Shown here: one piece after another, positions 26,181 to 32,000 of the stretch
Numbering within the stretch: the first letter of the stretch is position 1
Layout of the letters: the number at the start of each line of letters is the position of its first letter
Source: Candidatus Pacearchaeota archaeon
GTDB lineage: Archaea; Nanobdellota; Nanobdellia; Pacearchaeales; GW2011-AR1
Direction of reading: 5' to 3'
DNA length: 32,000 bases
Assembly: GCA_018303855.1 (NCBI GenBank)
Contig: JAGVXI010000004.1
Span: forward strand, 1 to 32,000
Program-made: the position numbers and the translations under genes
The notes under the pieces: model-generated
What the model was told of the DNA's origin: nothing
Database searches by the model: none
What the model saw: the letters and a program-made list of their open reading frames with translations, nothing else

Positions 26181-27136
26181 TTTCCTTGTCCTGCAAGCAC
26201 AAAACTTGCTAAAAGAGACTGCAATTGGATAAATGTGTCTGCTCCTTCTACAATTCTAAACTCAGTTTCTCCTGTCTTTTCAATTAATTTCATTTTTATA
26301 TCTGGTTCCACCTGCAAGTTCCAAATTTCTTTTTGAATAGCCTTTATAACATCCTGCCCTGCAACGCTTTCTTTTAACATAACATCAAGAAGTTTATTAC
26401 GAGCCTGCTGAAAATCTCCTGCAAGAGCATAGTCCAAAACAATCTTTATATCTCTTGGCTTTGCACTCGCAATGATTGTTGTTACTAGTTCTGGATTTAT
26501 TGATGGAGATATGGATGCAGTTGCCTGCACAATATTTATTGCTTTTCTGCAGTCACCTTCACTTGCTTCATAGATTGTTGCGACTCCTTCTGGGTTTATT
26601 GTAAGCTTTTCGCTCTCCGCAATAACTTTAAGCCTTTTTTCAATGTCCTTTTTCTCTAAAAGCTTAAATCTGAAAATCGCGCATCTGCTTTGTATAGGGT
26701 CAATTATTTTACTCGAATAATTGCATGATAGAATAAAACGGCATGTAGCAGAATAGTTTTCCATTGTTCTTCTTAAAGCCTGTTGGGCTTCTGGTGTAAG
26801 AGCATCTGCTTCATCAAGAAATATCACTTTAAATGGGACATTTCCAAGTGCTTTAGTTCTTGCAAAAGTCTTGACTTTTTCCCTAACAACATTAATTCCT
26901 CTTTCATCACTTGCGTTTAATTCAAGGTAGTTTTCTGTCCATTTTGTGCCATAAAGCTCTTTCACAATAATTAAAGCCATAGTTGACTTTCCTGTTCCTG
27001 CTGGTCCAGCAAAGAGCAAATGAGGTATGTTAAATGAGCCGACTAATGATGAAACTCTCTTAACTATGTCATCTTGCCCAACTAAATCAGAAAAGACTTG
27101 TGGCCTGTATTTTTCTGTCCAAATTCCACTTATCAT
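26177..27136 (-). CDS. rfcS: Replication factor C small subunit
   Basis: WTEKYRP, Walker A FAGPAGTGKST, Walker B/DEAD box IFLDEADALT, SRC motif (QSRCAIFRF), no intein. The ATG at 27136 is preferred over the TTG at 27157. Confidence 0.95.
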   Translation of the reverse strand: MISGIWTEKYRPQVFSDLVGQDDIVKRVSSLVGSFNIPHLLFAGPAGTGKSTMALIIVKELYGTKWTENYLELNASDERGINVVREKVKTFARTKALGNVPFKVIFLDEADALTPEAQQALRRTMENYSATCRFILSCNYSSKIIDPIQSRCAIFRFKLLEKKDIEKRLKVIAESEKLTINPEGVATIYEASEGDCRKAINIVQATASISPSINPELVTTIIASAKPRDIKIVLDYALAGDFQQARNKLLDVMLKESVAGQDVIKAIQKEIWNLQVEPDIKMKLIEKTGETEFRIVEGADTFIQLQSLLASFVLAGQGK

Positions 27137-27158
27137 ATTAAAATATTCTTTAGACAAC

Positions 27159-27166
27159 TTATAAAG
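27159..27166 (-). promoter_or_regulatory. TATA-box-like element upstream of rfcS
   Basis: The minus strand reads CTTTATAAG about 23-30 nt upstream of the ATG at 27136. Confidence 0.3.
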
Positions 27167-27175
27167 ATTGTTATG

Positions 27176-27249
27176 TCAGAAATACATCATTTCTGAACAC
27201 ATCAAGAATCTTTAAATTCTTGAGTGCCATCAAAATCTTTTGATTTTGA
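27176..27249. repeat. Three tandem 8-bp-stem palindromic hairpins (TCA-N5...N5-TGA)
   Basis: TCAGAAAT-ACATC-ATTTCTGA (27176..27196), TCAAGAAT-CTTTAA-ATTCTTGA (27202..27223) and TCAAAATC-TTTT-GATTTTGA (27230..27249). All are perfect, with about 26-28 nt periodicity. Confidence 0.6.
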
Positions 27250-27543
27250 GGTCCTAAAATTACAAACAACTACTACATACAGGAATTTTTTGATGTTTGA
27301 GAAATGGTGTTCATTAATTTGTTAGATAACTGGTTAGTTGAATGAAAAATTAGCTGTAATAAGCTACTTTTTAAGCTGTTTTATAGGTTATACTATTTAT
27401 TAATTTACTTGAAACTGGCTGTTAATAATGACTTACCACTTAATTTTACATTATTAACTATTTTATTGCTTTTGTATAAATTAATATTTGATAAGCTAAT
27501 TAATAAAAATCCTCTTTTTTTGCGCTTTTATTTCTTAATCCTT

Positions 27544-27888
27544 CTACGCTGAAAATGATTGCCCGCATCCGCAGGTTTTTTGAGCTTGAGGGTTTTTGAA
27601 TTTAAATCCGCTGTCATTCATATCAAAAGAGTAATCTAGTTCCATTCCATTCAAATAAAGGTAGCTTTTTTTATCAGTGTAAACTTTAATGCCATGCTGT
27701 TCAGAAAGGAGTTTTTTATGTTCAGCATCTGCTTCATCAATCATCTCAATGCCATATTCTAACCCAGAACAACCCCCTGCTTTTACAAAAACTTTTAAAA
27801 CTTTTCCCCCCAATCCACTTTTTTCTATAATCTGTTTTACAGCTTCTGCTGCAGCTTTAGTTAAAATTATGGCTGGTTTTTCATCCAT
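27544..27888 (-). CDS. Fe-S cluster insertion/assembly protein, HesB/IscA/ErpA family
   Basis: GGCSGLEY...and a C-terminal CGCGQSF, giving the three conserved Cys of the family. 114 aa. Confidence 0.9.
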   Translation of the reverse strand: MDEKPAIILTKAAAEAVKQIIEKSGLGGKVLKVFVKAGGCSGLEYGIEMIDEADAEHKKLLSEQHGIKVYTDKKSYLYLNGMELDYSFDMNDSGFKFKNPQAQKTCGCGQSFSA

Positions 27889-27944
27889 TTTTAGATTATT
27901 TATTACAAAAGATAAAGGTCCTCTCTCTTATAAATGTTAATATG

Positions 27945-28010
27945 TCAAAAACAATGTTTTTGAGATGCTCAAGAACCAGACACGCCATACAATTTATTGT
28001 ATGGTTCTTG
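27945..28010. repeat. Palindromic hairpin TCAAAAAC-AAT-GTTTTTGA plus a bulged inverted repeat
   Basis: 27945..27963 has a perfect 8-bp stem. In 27970..28010, CAAGAA...CCATACAAT-TT-ATTGTATGG-TTCTTG forms 15 paired positions with a 9-nt bulge on the 5' arm. Confidence 0.5.
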
Positions 28011-28123
28011 ACATGTTTAAGGAATGAAGCTTATGAGATTTTAATGTATGGAGATAAGCAAGGCATTGTAAATTAAAATTGCTTTTAATCAAATTAATCA
28101 ACAAAAATAAACTTATTTTACAT

Positions 28124-28240
28124 TTATTGGCTTCTCGTTCTTCTAAGCTTTCTTTTATGCTTTTCTTTTTTTAATCTCTTGCGCTGCCATTTCCAGCGCA
28201 TCTGCCTTTTCTTTTTCCACCTTCGTGATGAGCGTTTCAT
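28124..28240 (-). CDS. rpl41e: Ribosomal protein L41e (38 aa; below the ORF-track cutoff)
   Basis: Hand translation of the minus strand gives MKRSSRRWKKKRQMRWKWQRKRLKKEKHKRKLRRTRSQ*. This closely resembles the archaeal L41e pattern KRSSRRWKKK.RMRWKW.KKRL as I recall it from Methanocaldococcus. Confidence 0.7.
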   Translation of the reverse strand: MKRSSRRWKKKRQMRWKWQRKRLKKEKHKRKLRRTRSQ

Positions 28241-28289
28241 AAATAAAATTTAGAGAAGTTAGTTTAAAAGGCTTTTGTTGTGCTGTTTT

Positions 28290-29144
28290 TTACTCTCTGT
28301 TCCTTAATCCATACCCATCATTCATGCCAAGATATCCTCTTACATTTTCTATTAACATGAAAGGGATGCCCCAAGATAATTTTGAAATACTGGAGGCATG
28401 TTTAATGTTTCCAGGAACAAAATTCCTCCTTCTTAGAGCATACTTCAACCCATTTTTTAATTCTTCTTCACTATCAGTTTGCACGTTTATGCCGTGCAGA
28501 TTAATATAACCATCTCCAATGCCACTTACTATGTGAGCTCCAGAAACAGGAACTGCCTGAATTACTATCCCTCTTTTTTTTAGATTTTTTAATCTCTTTA
28601 TGGTTTCTTTATTTTGTGTAAGTGATGCTTCTGAACTTAAAAAGATTCCATGAATAGAATCACTATATTTTTCAATGGAATATCTGCTTCCAAATAATCC
28701 AGAAGGTTTTATGAATACTAAAGAGTTTGAATCTTTTGCCATGCTTATTGCTTCTTTAGTTGTTATCCTTCTTTTTTGGCAGTCAAAATCAAGATAGCTA
28801 CCTAATATAAATATGTCAGTTCTTTTGTAATTTTCAATTGTTGGCACTAAAGATGACTTTAAAATTCCAAGCGGGCCAAGGCTTTCTCGAATTATTAAAA
28901 AATTATCCCCGCGCACTTCAATATTCATCCCTTGGTTTTGTGCTTCATTCAGAACATACCCAAATCTGTCATTAATTCCTGTAGGCGTTTCTTCTGTAGC
29001 ACTTGTTAATGCAAGCAAGTCAAGTTCTTTTGATTTAGCTGTTTTATAAATCTCATCAGTTATATTCACATCGGGAAACATCTGCCATGCTTTCCAAAAT
29101 TTTGAAAAACTTACTAAACCATATGCATGTAAATCTGCTTTCAT
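28290..29144 (-). CDS. Hypothetical protein, possibly a degenerate PHP-like fold
   Basis: 284 aa. KADLHAYG at the N-terminus, LDLLALTS, and VSGAHIVSGIG weakly recall the PHP motifs (DLHxH, ..TDH, GSDAH). Not convincing. Confidence 0.4.
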   Translation of the reverse strand: MKADLHAYGLVSFSKFWKAWQMFPDVNITDEIYKTAKSKELDLLALTSATEETPTGINDRFGYVLNEAQNQGMNIEVRGDNFLIIRESLGPLGILKSSLVPTIENYKRTDIFILGSYLDFDCQKRRITTKEAISMAKDSNSLVFIKPSGLFGSRYSIEKYSDSIHGIFLSSEASLTQNKETIKRLKNLKKRGIVIQAVPVSGAHIVSGIGDGYINLHGINVQTDSEEELKNGLKYALRRRNFVPGNIKHASSISKLSWGIPFMLIENVRGYLGMNDGYGLRNRE

Positions 29145-29184
29145 ATTTTTTTAAGAAATAATGAGTTTTTAAGAATTATTGCAC

Positions 29185-29727
29185 TCAAAAATAATCTCTG
29201 ACTCTCACCTTAAATTCAAGCCAGAAAATCCAAAATACAAGTAAAATTGCATCAAGACTTGCAAGAAATGTAGCTCTTAGTTCTTCTGGAATTAATAAAA
29301 TAGAGTAAAGCCCAAAGGTTTGAATTGAAAAAGGATAAAAAAGCGCCAACTTCCCGAAAAAAATAAAGTCGAGGAGGATATGCAAAAGTGTTGTTGCTGA
29401 TAATATGTAAAAAACAGCCGGCAAAGTCATGTGCCTTTTTCCTAATCCGTGATTTTTTATTTTTAATCTTGCGATTACAACTCCAGCAATAAATAAAACA
29501 AATGGTATTAACAAAATGTGGGAATAAGTTGGGTGGATCTGTTCTAAAGTGAAACCAAAAGGATACAGGATAAAAACTAAAGCATAATCCAAATCAAGTA
29601 AAATTCCACCAAGAGCTGCTATCAAAATATAATAACGTGGGAATTTTTTATTGTCTTTAATAAAATATCCTCTAAAAAGTTCTATTAAGATAATTGCTAC
29701 TAAAATATGTGTAACTGCGTAGGGCAT
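29185..29727 (-). CDS. Membrane-bound metal-dependent hydrolase-like protein (YdjM/DUF457-like)
   Basis: 180 aa, about 5 TM helices, N-terminal AVTHIL, LLDLDY, and HPTYSHILL, in the DUF457 arrangement. Confidence 0.5.
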   Translation of the reverse strand: MPYAVTHILVAIILIELFRGYFIKDNKKFPRYYILIAALGGILLDLDYALVFILYPFGFTLEQIHPTYSHILLIPFVLFIAGVVIARLKIKNHGLGKRHMTLPAVFYILSATTLLHILLDFIFFGKLALFYPFSIQTFGLYSILLIPEELRATFLASLDAILLVFWIFWLEFKVRVRDYF

Positions 29728-29918
29728 TTTTCCTCTTTTACTTTTGGTGTAATTGTATAAACAAAATCTGATAAGTTTAATAACTTTGCTTAGCGTTAAT
29801 AAGTTAATTGCCTACGCCACCCATTTTGTATAATTAATGCCTTAAAATCAGCTTATGAAAACTTAACTAAAAATATTAAAATAGGCAGTTTGTTAAATGT
29901 TGGTTAATTTTATTTAAA

Positions 29919-30518
29919 ATGAATATTAAAAATATAAAACAACATCATGGGCGGGTAAGGCCATTAATACTTGAAAGGCTTCAAGAATTTTCCGATGTTA
30001 AAAGTAAAGGCAACAAAGAGGTTTTTCGTGAGCTATGTTATTGCCTGCTGACAGCAGGAACAAGTGCAGAGCTTGGCATTAAAACAATTGAGCATTTAGG
30101 AGATGTTATTTTTTATGGAAGTGAGCAAGAAATTGCCGGCAAACTAAAAGAGTGTTACAGGTTTTATAATATTAGAGCAGGTTATATTTTTTTGGCAAGG
30201 CAAAGCTTTAAGTATGTTGATTTAAACGCTGATAATGTGCGTGAACAGCTCGTTAAAAATATTAAAGGTTTGGGCATGAAAGAGGCAAGCCATTTTTTGC
30301 GTAATATAGGATTTAAAGAATATGCTATTTTAGACAAGCATGTTGTAAATTGTTTGTTTGAACTTGGTGTAATTTATAGCAATAAACCGCCTAAAAACAA
30401 AAATGAATATTTAGAGATTGAAGAAAAAATGAAAAATTTTGCTAATAAAATAAATGTGTATTTTGACGAACTTGATTTAGTGCTATGGAGTTTTAAAACA
30501 GGCAAAGTGTTGAAATGA
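29919..30518 (+). CDS. ogg: 8-oxoguanine DNA glycosylase/AP lyase, archaeal Ogg2 type (HhH-GPD)
   Basis: FRELCYCLLTA, RFYNIRAGYIFLAR, NIKGLGMKEASHFLRNIGFKEYAILDKHV, and the C-terminal ELDLVLWSFKTGKVLK closely parallel the M. jannaschii Ogg sequence as I recall it. Confidence 0.9.
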   Translation: MNIKNIKQHHGRVRPLILERLQEFSDVKSKGNKEVFRELCYCLLTAGTSAELGIKTIEHLGDVIFYGSEQEIAGKLKECYRFYNIRAGYIFLARQSFKYVDLNADNVREQLVKNIKGLGMKEASHFLRNIGFKEYAILDKHVVNCLFELGVIYSNKPPKNKNEYLEIEEKMKNFANKINVYFDELDLVLWSFKTGKVLK

Positions 30519-30662
30519 AATATTTAATAAGGATAAAACAGAAAGCGTGCTAATACTAAAACATATGGAGAGTTTAACATTCATTTTGTTAATTATAAAT
30601 TGCTTTAAGACGATTAACAATTAAAAATTTGTTTACCCAATGTATTTTTAATCCTTCACAAA

Positions 30663-30671
30663 ATTTAAATA
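30663..30671 (+). promoter_or_regulatory. TATA-box-like element upstream of the DAC-domain gene
   Basis: ATTTAAATA is centred about 27 nt upstream of the ATG at 30694. Confidence 0.35.
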
Positions 30672-30693
30672 CTCTTATCATGCACAATTAATT

Positions 30694-31278
30694 ATGGAGC
30701 AGGAAAAATTAAAAAAATTGGAAGAGGCACTAATCCAAGTAGGATTAAGAATAGCAAAGAGAGGAGAAGGAGCTTTGTTTGTTATAGGAGAAGTTGATTT
30801 TAAACCTTTAGTTAATCAATCTGTGCCTAGGTTCAAAGTGATAAGCAATCCAAAATTGCTAGAGTCTTTGGCATTGATGGATGGAGCAGTTATAATTGAT
30901 AGGCAAGGTTTTATGAGAGCTTATGGAGTTATGATTAAATCCAAAAAAACCCTTAAGAATTTTGGAACAAGGCATAGTGCCGCATTAAGTGCTGCAAAAG
31001 GAGAAAACGTTGTTTTTATTGTTTCTGAAGAAGATAGGAAGATAAGAATTTTAAAGCAAGGCAAGGTGGTTATGCAGATAGATGCCCTGCAAAAGAACAT
31101 TGAGAAAAATGTTTCAGGGGCTGTTAGAGTATTAGAATCAATTGGTGCAGGAACTATCGGAAGCATTGGCACAAGCGTGCTTGTTCCTACTTTAGGGATT
31201 GCTTTTTTTCCAGGAGTAGTTCTTTTTGGTTCTGCTTATTATTTGGCAAAGTTCCTCTCTAAAAAATTTAATCAATAG
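30694..31278 (+). CDS. Diadenylate cyclase (DisA_N/DAC) domain protein with a C-terminal membrane anchor
   Basis: GEGALFVIGE, the DGA motif (MDGAVIIDRQG), GTRHSAALSAA (RHR motif with R->S), and VVFIVSEEDRKIRILKQGKVV. The C-terminal hydrophobic stretch is GAGTIGSIGTSVLVPTLGIAFFPGVVLFGSAYYLAKFL. Confidence 0.7.
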   Translation: MEQEKLKKLEEALIQVGLRIAKRGEGALFVIGEVDFKPLVNQSVPRFKVISNPKLLESLALMDGAVIIDRQGFMRAYGVMIKSKKTLKNFGTRHSAALSAAKGENVVFIVSEEDRKIRILKQGKVVMQIDALQKNIEKNVSGAVRVLESIGAGTIGSIGTSVLVPTLGIAFFPGVVLFGSAYYLAKFLSKKFNQ

Positions 31279-31480
31279 TAGTAAATACACCTCCGTCGAA
31301 CACTACACTTTCTTGGCACCTTAAGGGGACGCATTTTTATTTATTGTTTAAGTTGAATTCAGTAGATTAAAGGCTATTTAAAGAGCTCTACAATGGAAAG
31401 TAGATATTTAGAGGTAGAATTTATTTATTGTATGCACAAGGAAAATATACTTTTATAAATGTGTTTAGCTTTTTTTGTTA

Positions 31481-31798
31481 ATGGCTTATAGGGTGTTTCG
31501 TTCAGACCATTATAACAAAAAACTTGAAAAAATAGATGCTTCAGAACAAGACAGGATTAAAAAATTTGAGCAAATGCTTAAAGAACAGCCATTTTCTGGC
31601 AAACCATTAGGATATAAATTCTTTAGAGAAAAGAAATTTAATGGAAAAAGAATGTTGTTTTTAGTATATGAAGAGTATAAATGTATCTTTATTGTTACTA
31701 TAACTCATAAAAAAGCTCAACAACATGAAATTGATTTAATAAAGGCAAATTTAGATATTTATAAAGAAGAACTTAAAAAATTAATAGGTGAAATTTAA
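31481..31798 (+). CDS. RelE/ParE-superfamily toxin-like protein
   Basis: YRVFRSDHYNKKLEKIDASEQDRIKKFEQMLKEQPFSGKPLGYKFFREKKFNGKRMLFLVYEEYKCIFIVTITHKK follows the RelE/ParE layout (helical hairpin, P..GK.L, R..Y.v.e....i..i..R). The ATG at 31481 is preferred over the TTG at 31475. Confidence 0.5.
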   Translation: MAYRVFRSDHYNKKLEKIDASEQDRIKKFEQMLKEQPFSGKPLGYKFFREKKFNGKRMLFLVYEEYKCIFIVTITHKKAQQHEIDLIKANLDIYKEELKKLIGEI

Positions 31799-31932
31799 AT
31801 TTCTCTAATTTTACCTTGGAGTATATCTTTTATACCTTTAGCTATGTCTGAAAGTAATTCCTGATCAACTCTTTGGAATTTTATAAGCTTTTCATACTCT
31901 GTTTTTGGTATGGTAATTGTTTCTTTTTCCAT
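31795..31932 (-). CDS. Small ORF (45 aa), possible antitoxin-like or regulatory protein
   Basis: Hand translation gives MEKETITIPKTEYEKLIKFQRVDQELLSDIAKGIKDILQGKIREI*. It is convergent with the RelE-like gene, and the two 3' ends overlap by 4 nt. Confidence 0.3.
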   Translation of the reverse strand: MEKETITIPKTEYEKLIKFQRVDQELLSDIAKGIKDILQGKIREI

Positions 31933-32000
31933 AATTATTCATGTTTATCATTGTTTAAATAATTTTCGTTGGTGGTTAAAAAGAACTTTATAAAAGGATG

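Noticed and set aside
13931-27136. Inteins in polB, rfcS, rfcL or cdc48, which are common in archaeal replication genes
   Set aside because: The protein lengths (823, 319, 389 and 768 aa) and uninterrupted catalytic motifs leave no room for an intein insertion.
3686-27157. TTG-initiated N-terminal extensions in the ORF track (3686, 13803, 17086, 27157, 1565, 31475) and the ATG at 25900 for rfcL
   Set aside because: In each case a downstream in-frame ATG gives an N-terminus matching family conventions (MGLNIRE for FEN1, MISGIWTEKYRP for RFC-S, MTWNEKHRP for RFC-L) or sits at the right distance from a TATA-like box. The extensions cannot be strictly excluded.
27176-27249. Possible mini-CRISPR array
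   Set aside because: The three units are internal palindromes with different sequences rather than a conserved direct repeat separated by unique spacers. There are no cas genes in the window.
28290-29144. Confident PHP-family phosphoesterase call
   Set aside because: Only weak, partial motif resemblance (ADLHAY, SGAH). It is kept as a hypothetical protein with a low-confidence note.

Overview
AT-rich window (roughly one-third G+C by eye) that is densely coded on both strands. The gene content is clearly archaeal. It carries a replication and informational core: family-B DNA polymerase, FEN1, RFC small and large subunits, Cdc48/VCP, TFS, type-2 methionine aminopeptidase, Sec11-type signal peptidase, Trm5, a NOL1/NOP2/Sun m5C RNA methyltransferase, Ogg2, ribosomal protein L41e, and an intron-containing tRNA-Lys(CUU). 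The short genes, many orphan ORFs and TATA boxes about 25 nt upstream of start codons suggest a small-genome, DPANN-like archaeon, but this is inference only. I saw no rRNA, CRISPR array, transposase or integrase. The most unusual item is a well-preserved bacterial-type secretin (secretin N-domain plus C-terminal secretin domain, with a Cys-containing signal) sitting among core archaeal genes. Other items worth follow-up: (1) an unknown 116-aa ORF translationally coupled between rfcS and rfcL; (2) an unknown 159-aa ORF between polB and fen1; (3) an RsmF-type methyltransferase whose C-terminal PUA module is a separate gene, with a JAB/MPN gene in between; (4) tandem paralogous membrane proteins, one with a long E/R/K/Q-rich helix; (5) a mini ADP-ribosyltransferase-fold (Tpt1-like) ORF after trm5; (6) a diadenylate-cyclase domain with a C-terminal membrane anchor; (7) a family of TCA-N5...N5-TGA palindromic hairpins flanking the iscA-like gene. 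All functional calls rest on motifs read by eye from the translations. No database search was run.
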